Of a DNA stretch of 64,000 nucleotides, positions 32,620 to 42,470 are shown piece after piece. Below the pieces are notes generated by a model, which had not been told where the DNA came from, made no database searches, and worked only from the letters and a program-made list of their open reading frames with translations. Numbering within the stretch: position 1 is the first letter of the stretch; the number at the start of each line of letters is the position of its first letter. Source of the stretch: an uncultured delta proteobacterium (GTDB lineage: Bacteria > Myxococcota > Myxococcia > Myxococcales > Anaeromyxobacteraceae); NCBI GenBank assembly GCA_963766715.1, contig CAVYBH010000007.1, positions 68,566-132,565 of the forward strand, read 5' to 3'. Made by a program: the position numbers and the translations under genes.

Positions 32620-32654
32620 GGGTCACGGTACGCTGACCCGCACGGATAGATCAA
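32620..32654 (-). promoter_or_regulatory. Sigma70-like promoter with overlapping inverted repeat for the XRE-pilMNOPQ operon
   Basis: TTGATC-N18-TACCGT; GGGTCA-N8-TGACCC dyad at 32620-32639 covers the -10 box. Confidence 0.5.
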
Positions 32655-32779
32655 GAAAGCTGACGGGTTCCGCTGTCGGTCCGTGAACTACATTGGTACG
32701 CAAGTGATGGGTCCCTGATGCATCATGATAGGTCCGAGATGGCATCCAGGCTGCGGGTCGGACCCCCGACCCCCGGGGG

Positions 32780-34153
32780 TCAGATCTCGATCCCGTACTC
32801 CTTGATCTTGTAGAGGAGCGCCCGGTACGAGAGGTCGAGCAGCTCCGCGGCCCGGGTGCGGTTGCCTCCGGTGCGCTCCAGGGCGGCGCGGATGAACTGC
32901 TCCTCGAGGGCCCGGAAGGCCCGCTTGAGGGACAGGTCGGAGGCGGCGAGCGGGCCCTGTGTCCCCGGATCCGGGGACGCGCGGACCTCGTCCGGCAGGT
33001 CCTCTTCCTGCAGCAAGGGGCCGTCGGCCAGGACCACCGCCCGCTCCACGGCGTGCTCCAGCTCGCGCACGTTGCCGGGCCAGCGGTGGGCGCGGAGGGC
33101 CTCGAGGGCGGCGGGCGCCACCCCGGAGAGCGGCGCGTCCGGGCGAAGGGGCCGGTACTTGGCGAGGAAGTGATCGACGAGCGCCCGGATGTCGTCCTTG
33201 CGCTCGCGCAGGGCGGGCAGCCGGACGTTCAGCACGTTCAGCCGGTAGAAGAGGTCCTCCCGGAACTGGCCGTCCTTCACCGCCCGCGCGAGGTCCCGGG
33301 CGGTGGCCGCCACCACCCGCACGTCCACCTTCTCCGACCGCGTGTCCCCGACGCGGCGCACCTGCTCGTCCTCGAGGAAGCGGAGGAGCTTCACCTGAAG
33401 TCCGAGGGGCAGCTCGCCGATCTCGTCGAGGAAGAGCGTCCCGCCGTCGGCCTCCGCCGCCAGCCCCTTCTTGTCGCGCGAGGCGTCGGTGAAGGCTCCG
33501 CGCACGTGGCCGAAGAGCTCCGACTCGAGGAGCTCGGCGGGGATGGCGCCGCAGTTGACCGCCACGAAGGGCATGGCCGCGCGGGGCGAGAGGTCGTGGA
33601 TGGCGCGGGCGACCAGCTCCTTTCCCGTCCCCGACTCGCCGGTGACGAGGACGCTCGTCTTGGTCGGCGCCACCTTCCGGACCTGCCGGAGCATCTCCTG
33701 CACGGTGGGTGACGACCCCACGAAGTTCTCCAGGCGGAAGCCGTCCGCGAGCTCCGACCGCAGGCGCCGGTTCTCCCGGGAGAGGCGCAGCCGCTCCTCG
33801 GCCTTGCGGAGGACCAGCACCACCTCGTCGGGCTTGAAGGGCTTCGAGACGTAGTCGTAGGCGCCGGCCTTCATGGCCTCGATGGCCGTGTCGTGCGTGC
33901 CGTAGGCGCTCATGACGATGAAGGTCAGGTCGGGGCGGAGCTCCAGCGCGCGCCGCAGGAGCGAGAGCCCGTCCATGCGCGGCATGCGGACGTCGGAGAG
34001 GACGAGGTCGTAGTCGCGGGCCGCGAGCTCCCGCAGCGCGTCCTCCCCGTTCGAGACCGCCCTCACCTCGTAGCCGCGATCCGTGAGGATCACGGTGAGG
34101 AGGTGCCGCATCGACTCCTCGTCGTCGACGACGAGCACGTTCTGGAAGGCCAC
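32780..34153 (-). CDS. pilR2: Sigma54-dependent response regulator PilR2
   Basis: REC domain, GESGTGKE, GAFTDA (GAFTGA variant), Fis-type HTH; synteny. Confidence 0.85.
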   Translation of the reverse strand: MAFQNVLVVDDEESMRHLLTVILTDRGYEVRAVSNGEDALRELAARDYDLVLSDVRMPRMDGLSLLRRALELRPDLTFIVMSAYGTHDTAIEAMKAGAYDYVSKPFKPDEVVLVLRKAEERLRLSRENRRLRSELADGFRLENFVGSSPTVQEMLRQVRKVAPTKTSVLVTGESGTGKELVARAIHDLSPRAAMPFVAVNCGAIPAELLESELFGHVRGAFTDASRDKKGLAAEADGGTLFLDEIGELPLGLQVKLLRFLEDEQVRRVGDTRSEKVDVRVVAATARDLARAVKDGQFREDLFYRLNVLNVRLPALRERKDDIRALVDHFLAKYRPLRPDAPLSGVAPAALEALRAHRWPGNVRELEHAVERAVVLADGPLLQEEDLPDEVRASPDPGTQGPLAASDLSLKRAFRALEEQFIRAALERTGGNRTRAAELLDLSYRALLYKIKEYGIEI

Positions 34154-34162
34154 GGGAGGAGC

Positions 34163-35272
34163 CTAGCACGCGGCCCGGAGCCGCAGGACGAAGGCCGCGC
34201 CCCCGCCCGGCGGGCTCGTCGCGTCGATCGTCCCGCCGAGGGACTCGACGATGGAATGGCAGATGGCGAGGCCGAGCCCGCTCCCCTGGCCGGGGTCCTT
34301 GGTGGTGAAGAACGGGTCGAAGATCCGGGGGAGGTCCTCGGCGGCGATCCCGGGACCGCTGTCCGGAGATCTCGATCTCCACCCGGTCCCCCGATCCGGC
34401 GGCGCCACGGCCCGGACCCGGCCCTCCCCGCCCATGGCGTCCCCGGCGTTGAGGAGGAGGTTCAGGAAGACCTGCGAGAGGTGCCGCTCGTCGGCGAGCA
34501 CCGGAGGGAGGTCCTCGGGGAGCCCGATCTCCACCTCCACGCCCTTGAATCGCCCCTGGACGGAGGCCAGGCGGAGCGCCGCGTCGAGCGCGCGGGTCAC
34601 CGACACGGCGCGGACCTCCAGCGGGGCCGGCCGCGCGAAGTCGAGCAGGTCGCGCACGATGCGGTCGATCCGGTCCGCGGCCGCGGCGATCCGGTCGAGC
34701 GCGTCCTTGACCTGGGGGTCGGGGTCGGGGCCGAGGCGCGCCCGCGCCAGCTCGGCGTAGCCGGACACGGCGCCGAGCGGGTTGCCCACCTCGTGGGCGA
34801 CGCCGGCGGCCAGCCGGCCGACCGTGGCCAGCTTCTCCGTCCGGACCAGGGAGGCGCGCGCCTCCGCCAGCGCCTCGTTCACGGCGGTCAGCTCGGCCAC
34901 CTTGCCGGCCAGCCGGGCGCGCTCCTCGACGAGCGCGGCGGCGGTCCGCTCGAAGGCGAGCGCCGCCTGGTCGAGCCCGAGCCCGCTGTCGCCGAGGACC
35001 GGGAGCTCGCCGGGCGCACCGGCCTGGAGCCGGCCGGCCGCGGCCAGGATGCGCTCCACCGGGCGCGCGACGCGCCTCACCAGCATCGAGGAGGCGCCCC
35101 AGATCACGAAGGCCGCGACCGCGAGGCCGACCCCGGCCAGGGCCGCGGGGGAGGCGCGCCCGGAGGCGCCCAGCGCCATGGCCGCCGCGGCGAGGAGCGC
35201 CGCCCCTGCCCCCACCGCGGAGGCGACCGAGAGGACGAGCAGCGTGCGGGTTCCGCGGGCCACGTCGTTCAC
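34163..35272 (-). CDS. pilS2: Sensor histidine kinase PilS2
   Basis: EKLATVGRLAAGVAHEVGNPL H-box, N/G boxes, FDPFFTTK; local indels near 34380. Confidence 0.85.
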   Translation of the reverse strand: MNDVARGTRTLLVLSVASAVGAGAALLAAAAMALGASGRASPAALAGVGLAVAAFVIWGASSMLVRRVARPVERILAAAGRLQAGAPGELPVLGDSGLGLDQAALAFERTAAALVEERARLAGKVAELTAVNEALAEARASLVRTEKLATVGRLAAGVAHEVGNPLGAVSGYAELARARLGPDPDPQVKDALDRIAAAADRIDRIVRDLLDFARPAPLEVRAVSVTRALDAALRLASVQGRFKGVEVEIGLPEDLPPVLADERHLSQVFLNLLLNAGDAMGGEGRVRAVAPPDRGTGWRSRSPDSGPGIAAEDLPRIFDPFFTTKDPGQGSGLGLAICHSIVESLGGTIDATSPPGGGAAFVLRLRAAC

Positions 35273-36199
35273 CGGAACAGGGACAGGGCCGGCACGACCT
35301 GCGCGAGCCATCCCTGGAGCCAGAGCCACTCGAGCGCCCCTGCGGCGAGGAACGGGCCGAAGGGCACGGCGTTGCGGGGAGGAACCCAGTCGGCGTCCGG
35401 GTCGAGGACGGGCGAGCGTCCCGGCCGGATCGCCGGCCTCCGGGTCGCTCCCGCCGGCAGGACCCTCCGCGGCCTCGGGAGGCGGAGCCGGCTCGGGCGG
35501 CCCCGGCTGGGCGCGCCCCAGCAGGAGGAGGGCGAGCCCCACCAGCGTGCCCTGGATCGAGGCCAGGAGGACCACGGGAAGGAGCCCCGGGAGCCCGAGC
35601 CAGGCCCCGATGGCCCCCAGGAGCCACACGTCGCCGAACCCCAGCGCCTCCTTCTTCATGAGCTTCTCGCCGACGACCGAGACGGCGGCGAAGGAGAGCC
35701 AGCCAGCCGCCGCACCTCCCGCGGACGAGAGGAGGGACGGGGCGGCCGTGAGCGAAGCGGCGGACAGGCCCACCCCGGCGAGGAGCAGCGGGATGGTGAT
35801 CACGTGGGGGAGGAGCCAGGTGTCGAGATCGATGAACGACAGCGCGAGCAGCGCGGCCGCGAAGGCGAACTCGGCGAGCGCCGGCAGCGAGAGCCCGTGG
35901 CGGGAGACCGCCACCAGCGCCGCGACGCCCCCCAGGATCTCCACCATCGGGTACCGGAAGGAGATGCGGGTCCGGCAGGCGCGGCACCGGCCTCGCAGCA
36001 GCAGCCAGGAGAGCACGGGCAGGTTGTCGAACCAGGCGATCGGGTTGCGGCAGGAGGGGCAGCGGGAACGGGGGCGCACGATCGACTCGCCGGCCGGCAG
36101 CCGGGCCACCACCACGTTGAGGAAGCTTCCCACCGAGGCTCCGGCCACGAAGGCCCAGGCCATCGCGGCCCAGCGGAGCGGTCCCGAGAGCTCGATCAC
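35269..36199 (-). CDS. pilD: Prepilin peptidase PilD (frameshift near 35400)
   Basis: GSFLNVVVARLP, two CxxC pairs, FIDLD, GFGDVWL. Confidence 0.93.
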
Positions 36200-37158
36200 C
36201 GGGTCTCCGGCGCGCGTCCTGCCCCGCCGGCCGCCTTCCTCTCGTCGAGCCGCCGGACGAAGAAGTCCTCGAGCGTCTCGCGATGGGGAACCATCGAGAC
36301 CAGCTCTCCGCCGGACGCGATCGCCGCGGCGACCGCGACGTTGGCCTGGTCGAGGTCCTGGAAGCTGAGCCCGAAGCGGGCCTGGTCCCGGGAGACGAGC
36401 TTCGCCGCCGACACGGCGCCGCGGGCCGCCTCGGGGAGATCGATGACCACCTCGACGCTCCGGATGCGCGGCGACAGCAGGTCGGAGATCCGCCCCACGT
36501 CGCGGAGCTGCCCGCCCAGGATCACGCCCACGCGATCGGCGAGCGCCTCCACGTCGGGGAGGATGTGGGTGGAGAAGAGGACCGTCTTGCCGCGGCGCTT
36601 GAGCTCGAGGATGAGGTCGCGGACGTCCTTGCGCCCGATGGGGTCGAGCCCGCTCATGGGCTCGTCGAGGACGACGAAGGACGGGTCGCCCACGAGCGCC
36701 TGGGCGATGCCGAGCCGCTGCTGCATGCCCTTCGAGTACTTGCGGATCTGCCGGTCGGCGGCGTCGGCGATGCCCACCAGGTCGAGCAGCTCGTCGATGC
36801 GCCCCTTGAGCTCCGCGCCGCCCACGCCGGAGAGCCGGCCGAAGAACCGCAGCGCCTCCCGGCCGGTCAGGAACTCGTAGTACGAGGGGTTCTCCGGGAG
36901 GTAGCCGATGCGCCGCTTGGCCTCGGCGGACGGGATGGGGGCGTCGTAGATGAAGGCCTTCCCCGAGGTGGGGAAGATGAGCCCCATGAGCATCTTGATG
37001 GTGGTGGTCTTGCCGGCGCCGTTCGGGCCGACGAAGCCGAAGATCTCCCCGTCCTCCACCGCCAGGTCGAGGTCCTTCACTGCTTGTACGCGCTTGCGCC
37101 GGACCCCGACCTCGAAGGTCTTGGAGAGCCGCTCGGTGCGCAGGATGGTGTTGGCCAT
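36196..37158 (-). CDS. pilH: ABC transporter ATP-binding protein PilH
   Basis: GPNGAGKTT, YSKGMQQR, LDEPMSGLDPIGR; inside the pil locus. Confidence 0.85.
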   Translation of the reverse strand: MANTILRTERLSKTFEVGVRRKRVQAVKDLDLAVEDGEIFGFVGPNGAGKTTTIKMLMGLIFPTSGKAFIYDAPIPSAEAKRRIGYLPENPSYYEFLTGREALRFFGRLSGVGGAELKGRIDELLDLVGIADAADRQIRKYSKGMQQRLGIAQALVGDPSFVVLDEPMSGLDPIGRKDVRDLILELKRRGKTVLFSTHILPDVEALADRVGVILGGQLRDVGRISDLLSPRIRSVEVVIDLPEAARGAVSAAKLVSRDQARFGLSFQDLDQANVAVAAAIASGGELVSMVPHRETLEDFFVRRLDERKAAGGAGRAPETR

Positions 37159-37216
37159 TGCGCCGGATGATCTTTCGCATCCTCCCGGGTGTCAAAACCT
37201 GGACCATCGGCCCGGG

Positions 37217-37233
37217 GTGACGGAAAACGTCAC
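37217..37233. promoter_or_regulatory. Palindromic upstream activator site of pilA copy 1
   Basis: GTGACG-GAAAA-CGTCAC, also present before copy 2. Confidence 0.65.
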
Positions 37234-37316
37234 CTCGGCCGGGGAGCAGGTGCCCCCGGGCGTCAGGCGCAGGCTGCCCACATCCGGGACTTCGCGGGGT
37301 TGGGCCGACCCGGGGC

Positions 37317-37333
37317 TTGGCACCGCGGATGCT
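37317..37333 (+). promoter_or_regulatory. Sigma54 -24/-12 promoter of pilA copy 1
   Basis: TTGGCACCGCGGATGCT, GG-N10-GC spacing. Confidence 0.8.
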
Positions 37334-37429
37334 AGGTCACCTCCATGTGCAGCTTGCGGACGCTCGATGGCGTCCGGTTCCCGTCGGCGGGGCCCCTGGT
37401 TCCTCCGACTCCATGACGGAGGAGAGACC

Positions 37430-38015
37430 ATGAAGAAGAAGATGATGAAGGGCTTCACCCTGATCGAGCTCATGATCGTCGTCGCGATCATCGGCATCCT
37501 GGCCGCCATCGCCATCCCGAACTTCCTCAAGTACCAGCTGCGCGCCAAGTTCGGCGAGCTGCCCACCAACGTGAACGCCCTCTTCAAGGCCGAGGAGTCG
37601 CTGCGCCAGTCCGAGCGCACCGTGTCGGCGCCACCCCGGCCGGGCCAGTACTACGGCGTCACGACGCTGCCGACCGCCGCGACAGTGGCGCTCGCACCCC
37701 GGGTACGGCGAAGCACGGCGTGGGGCGCCGCTCGACATCGCGGGACGCCAACGCTCATCGACTGGGTGGTCGAGGGAAGCACCTACGGCTGCTACCAGGC
37801 CACGACCGAACGCCACGGGCAACAACGTGGCGCTGGGCGCCTGGTCGAACATCGATGGCGATACGAACAACGGCTGCGTCACCCTCTACAAGTCGAGCCT
37901 CGACTCGGTGGGCGTCACACGGGTACCACCCGACCCTGCTGACCGCCGCGAACTGCCCGCAGGTCGACTGGGGCGCTCCGTGGGGTCAGGTCGCCGCCCG
38001 AGACGACTTTTCTAG
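37430..38015 (+). CDS. pilA: Type IVa major pilin, copy 1 (indels in 3' half)
   Basis: MKKKMMKG/FTLIELMIVVAIIGILAAIAIPNF class III signal; GGAGG RBS. Confidence 0.9.
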
Positions 38016-38040
38016 GCGAATTCGCATCCAGGCAGGATGG

Positions 38041-38068
38041 GAGCGTCGGGCATCGTGCCGGCGGCTTC
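38041..38068 (+). terminator. Hairpin after pilA copy 1
   Basis: GAGCGTCGGGC-ATCGT-GCCGGCGGCTTC, homologous to the copy 2 terminator. Confidence 0.55.
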
Positions 38069-38122
38069 GTCGTTCGTGCTCTCAGGAGGTGCTCGACCTG
38101 GCCACCCGCCCGCGGCCGGCGG

Positions 38123-38139
38123 GTGACGGAATTCGTCAC
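38123..38139. promoter_or_regulatory. Palindromic upstream activator site of pilA copy 2
   Basis: GTGACG-GAATT-CGTCAC. Confidence 0.65.
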
Positions 38140-38224
38140 GTCGGCCGGGAAGCTCCTGCCCCCGACCGTCAGGAGCGACCTGCCTACATGCCGAACTTCG
38201 AGGGGTTGGGCTCGATTCGCGATC

Positions 38225-38241
38225 TTGGCACCGGGGATGCT
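38225..38241 (+). promoter_or_regulatory. Sigma54 -24/-12 promoter of pilA copy 2
   Basis: TTGGCACCGGGGATGCT, GG-N10-GC spacing. Confidence 0.8.
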
Positions 38242-38338
38242 CTGTCCCGGTGCCATGCAGCTTGCGGACGCTCGATGGCGTCCGGTTCCCGTCGGCGGGG
38301 CCCTCTGGTTCCTCCGACTCCATGACGGAGGAGACACC

Positions 38339-38940
38339 ATGAAGAAGAAGATGATGAAGGGCTTCACCCTGATCGAGCTCATGATCGTCGTCGCGATCAT
38401 CGGCATCCTGGCGGCCATCGCCATCCCGAACTTCCTCAAGTACCAGCTGCGCGCCAAGTTCGGCGAGCTGCCCACCAACGTGAGCGCCCTCTTCAAGGCC
38501 GAGGAGGCGCTGCGCCAGTCCGAGCGCACCGTCCCGGGCGCTCACCGTCCAGGGCCAGTACTACGCCATTCCCACCATGCTTCCCACCACCTGCGTCGTG
38601 GACGCTCGCCGGCGGCACGCAGCAAGCACGCCTGGGCCGCCACCGACCTCGCCACCGCCAGCGAACATCGACTGGGTGGTCGAGGGCAGCACCTACGGCT
38701 GCTACGAGTCGCCACCGTGCGGACGCCGGCCCCGGAACGGCGCGCCTCGGCGCCTGCGTCGAACATCGACGGCGACACCAACAACGGCTGCGTCGTCCTC
38801 TACAAGGCGGTCCTCGACTCGTCGGCGGCCACCTCCGGCACCGCGCCCGACCGGCATGAACCGGCCGCACTGCCGCCGGTTCCGGCGCTGGGTCGCTCCC
38901 TGGGGCCAGGTCCATCGCGCCCGACGACAACTTTTTCTAG
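38339..38940 (+). CDS. pilA: Type IVa major pilin, copy 2 (indels in 3' half)
   Basis: Same leader peptide and N-terminal helix as copy 1; diverged globular domain. Confidence 0.9.
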
Positions 38941-38971
38941 GTCGAACGCTCCGCATCCGGCGTAGGATCGG

Positions 38972-39010
38972 GAGCCGTCGGGCATCGAGCCCGGCGGCTC
39001 TCTTCCATTT
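38972..39010 (+). terminator. Intrinsic terminator after pilA copy 2
   Basis: GAGCCGTCGGGC-ATCGA-GCCCGGCGGCTC followed by TCTTCCATTT. Confidence 0.7.
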
Positions 39011-39022
39011 CGGGACCCGCTC

Positions 39023-39919
39023 GTGCGCATCCACGTCGCCGTCTTCGTCGCGCTGGCCGCCGCGACTGACGTTCAGCGCCAGCCGCCTCTCGGCGGCCCG
39101 GCGAGCGGCCCTACGACATCTCGGTCGTGCCCAGCGCCCACGGTGCTGCGCTGGCTGTCCCTCGGCCACCCCACCCTCGCCGCCAACCTGCTCTGGCTGC
39201 GCGCCGTCCAGTACATCGGCGAGCCCGGGGCCGACGAGCGCGGCTGGGACAAGCTCTACCCGGTGGTCGACGCGTGACCGACCTCGACCCCCGCCACGGG
39301 TACGCCTACCAGGTGGCCGGCGTGGTCCTCGGCAGCGTCGGGCGCACCGCCGAGTCGAACGCCATCCTCGAGAAGGGAACGAGGAACGTCCGGGACCGCT
39401 ACATCCTTCCGTACCTGCGGGCCTTCAACGCCTTCTACTACGACGACGACTGGCCGACCGCCGGGCGCTTCGCCGAGATCTCCGCCCGGACCCCGGGCGC
39501 GCCGGACCACGTCCGCCAGAACGTGCTCGCCTACTACGTGAAGGGGAAGCGGGCCGACGCGGCCGTGGCCTTCCTGCGAGCAGTCGCTCGCCGAGGCGAA
39601 GGACCCCGACACGCGAAAGGCGGTCGAGTCCCAGCTCCGGCAGGCGCTCCTCGAGCAGGACGCGGCCCGGCTCGACGAGGCCGCCGAGGAGTGGCGGCGC
39701 CGCTACTTCGCCGGGCCGCTCTCGCTCGGGCAGCTGGTCGGACGAGGGGCTCGTCCGCGACATCCCGCCCGACCCGGCCGGCGGCGAGCTCTACGTCGGC
39801 GAGGACGGCCGCGTCCGATCCACCGCCAACACCTTCCGCTTCTCGCCGCCCCGAGCCGCCGTCCCAGCGCAACCCGGAGCCGGGCAAGCGCGCTCTCCCA
39901 GCCGAGGAGCCCCCCGTGA
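39023..39919 (+). CDS. pilG: Myxobacterial PilG-like pilin accessory protein (frameshifted)
   Basis: LAANLLWLRAVQYIG, VTDLDPR..YAYQ, ILEKG; directly downstream of pilA. Confidence 0.7.
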
Positions 39920-40681
39920 GCCCCGTCCTCTCCATCGCCGGCGTGACCTTCCGGGAGATCCTCCGGCGCAAGGTCCAGGTGAGCCTGCTCCTCTTCGGGG
40001 CGCTGCTCATCGTGGCCGCCTACGTCGTCGGCGGCCTCACCATCGGCGAATGGCACCGGATCATCTCCGACCTCGGGCTCTCGGCCATGCAGCTCGTGGG
40101 GATCCTGGTCGCCGTGTTCATCGGCGCGAGCCTGATCGCTGGCGACGTCGAGCGCCGGGTGCTCCTGCCGGTGGTGGCGAAGCCGGTCTCCCGCACCCAG
40201 TACCTGATCGGCCGCTACCTGGGGCTCGCCGGCGCGCTGCTCGTGAACCTCGTCGCCATGGGCGCGCTCCTCGGCGCGGTGCTCGCCTTCGACGCCGGAG
40301 GACGACGAGGCCCATCGACGCCGCCTTCCTCACCGCGCGTCGCCTTCATCGGCGTCCAGTTCCTGGTCGTCGGCGCGGTGGCGGTCCTCTTCTCCGCCGT
40401 CTCCTCCACGACGCTCGCGGCGACCTTCACGCTCGCGGTGGCCATCGCCGGGCAGTTCACGAGCGAGATCCGCTCCCTCTGGCAGGGATCCGCCACCTGG
40501 GTCCCGCGGCTCCTCTGGTACCTGCTCCCCAACCTGGGGGCGCTGAACGCCAACGAGGCGGTGATCTACCGGACCCCTCCCCCGGCCCACGCCTGGCTGG
40601 CCGCCCTCTACGCGGCGCCTCTACGCCGCGACGGCGCTGGCGCTGGCGGCGCTGGCCTTCGAGCGGCGCGACCTGCGCTAG
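39916..40681 (+). CDS. pilI: ABC transporter permease PilI-like (frameshifted near 3' end)
   Basis: IAGVTFREILRRKV, DLGLSAM, AKPVSRTQYLIGRYLG, ends FERRDLR. Confidence 0.8.
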
Positions 40682-40691
40682 CGCCCCGGCC

Positions 40692-42406
40692 ATGGCCACC
40701 GAGGCGGCGGACCCCCCGACGAGCGGCTCCCGACGCGCGCGGGTGGCGGTCGCCTTCCCCGTCGGCGGTCGTCCTCCTCGGCCTCTTCGCCTACGCCAAC
40801 TCGCTGCACGGCGACTTCGTCTACGACGACCTTCCGGGCGATCCGGCGACAACCCGCTGATGCGCAGCCTCGGCCACCTTCTTCGCGCCGGGCGACGCGT
40901 GGAACGAGCCGGCGCTACCTGGGCCTGCTCACGCTTCGCCCTCAACTACCGGTGGGGGGGCTCGACACCACCGGCTACCACGCGGTCAACGTCGCCATCC
41001 ACCTCGCCTCATGCGCTGCTCGTCTACGCGCTCGTCCTCCTCACCTTCCGGACGCCCCGCATCTCCGGGTCGGCGCTCGTCGCCGCAGCGCCGGGCGGTC
41101 GCCTTCGTCGCCGCCGCCCTCTTCGTGGCGCACCCGATCCAGACGCAGGCCGTCACCTACGTGGTCCAGCGCTTCACCTCGCTGGCGACCCTCTTCTGCC
41201 TCGCCTCCCTGGTCCTGTACGCGATCTGGCGCCTGGGCCGACGAGCCGGGACGAGCGGCGCGGGTGCCCCGATCGATGTGGCTGGCCCTGGCCGTCCTGG
41301 CCGACATCGCGGCGATGCGCACGAAGGAGATCGCGCTGGCGCTCCCCTTCGGCATCCTCCTCTACGAGCTCTTCTTCCTCGACGGACCCTGGCGCAAGCG
41401 GCTCTGGTACTTCCTCCCCTTCGCCCTGACGCTGCCCATCATCCCCTCAGCTACCTGTCGGGAGGCGGCCTCTCGATCGCGGCCGACCAGCCCCCGCCGC
41501 CTCCGGCGCGCCGACTACCTGATCACCCAGACCGCCGTGGTCGCGAAGTACGTCGGGATGCTCTTCGCTGCCGACCGGCCAGGCCCTCGATCACCGCTTT
41601 CCCGACCTACGGTCGCTCCTGGAGCCACGGGTGCTCCTCTCGGCCGCGTTCCTGCGTCTCGCTCGCGGCCGCTCGCCGTGGCCCCCCTGCGTCCAGGATC
41701 TGCGGCACCGGCGGTCCGAACGTCGACCCCGCCTTCCGGATCGTCTCGTTCGGGATCGCCTGGTTCTTCCTCGGGCTCGCCCCCCAGTCGACCTTCATCC
41801 CCATTCCGGACGTCTTCGTCGAGCACCGGCTCTACCTCTCCTCGGCGGGCGCCGCGATGGCGGTCGCGACGCGCGCTCGCCCTGGTCATGCGGCGCGTGT
41901 CGGGCGCCCACCCGTCGCGGGCCATCGTCCTCGCCGGCCTGGCCGCGTCCCTCCTGCTGGCCACGGCGACGATGCAGCGGAACGAGGTGTGGCGGAGCGA
42001 GCTCACGATCTGGCGCGATTCCGCGGAGAAGACCCCGGCACGAGCCGGGCCCACGCGAACCTGGGCACGCTGCTCATCCGGGGCCGGGAGCCCGGAGGCA
42101 GGGCTCGCCGAGCTGCGACGGGCCGTGGAGCTCTCCCCGGACTGGGCCTGGCCGCGAGCCCAGCTGGGCGCCGCGCTCCTCCAGGTCGGCCGAGTCCGGG
42201 AGAGCCGAGACGGAGCTGCGCCGGGCGCTGGCGCTCGACCCCCGAGGACCCCGAGGCCTGCTTCAACCTCGGGCGTCCTGCTTGCGGACCGGCCGCCGGG
42301 AGGAGTCCCGGCGCTACTTCGAGACCTTCCTCGGGCGTCGCCCCGAGGGGCTACGAGCACGCCGGCGGACCGCCGCCGGCTTCCTGGGACGCGACCGGTG
42401 ACGTAG
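40692..42406 (+). CDS. TMTC-like GT-C membrane glycosyltransferase with C-terminal TPRs (multiple frameshifts)
   Basis: YANSLHGDFVYDD, FALNY..GGLDTTGYHAVNVAIH, LFVAHPIQTQAVTYVVQR, EHRLYL, RNEVWRSELTIW, then TPRs. Confidence 0.75.
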
Positions 42407-42470
42407 GCCGCGAGCGCGCAGCGCCCCGTGAACCGGGGGCGCTGCCCTCGCGCGCGATCCCTGCCGACGT

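Larger units (their letters stand above)
37217..39010 (+). repeat. Tandem duplication (about 0.9 kb unit) of the whole pilA transcription unit
   Basis: Activator site, sigma54 site, leader, 5' CDS and terminator all occur twice. Confidence 0.9.

Noticed and set aside
32616..32780. Cyclic dinucleotide (GEMM-I) riboswitch upstream of pilM
   Set aside because: No recognisable GEMM-I consensus by eye; an Infernal scan would settle it
34163..37207. Apparent PilD-PilS2 fusion ORF (1014 aa)
   Set aside because: An indel near 35400 shifts the PilD tail; a normal GTGA stop/start overlap exists at 35269-35272
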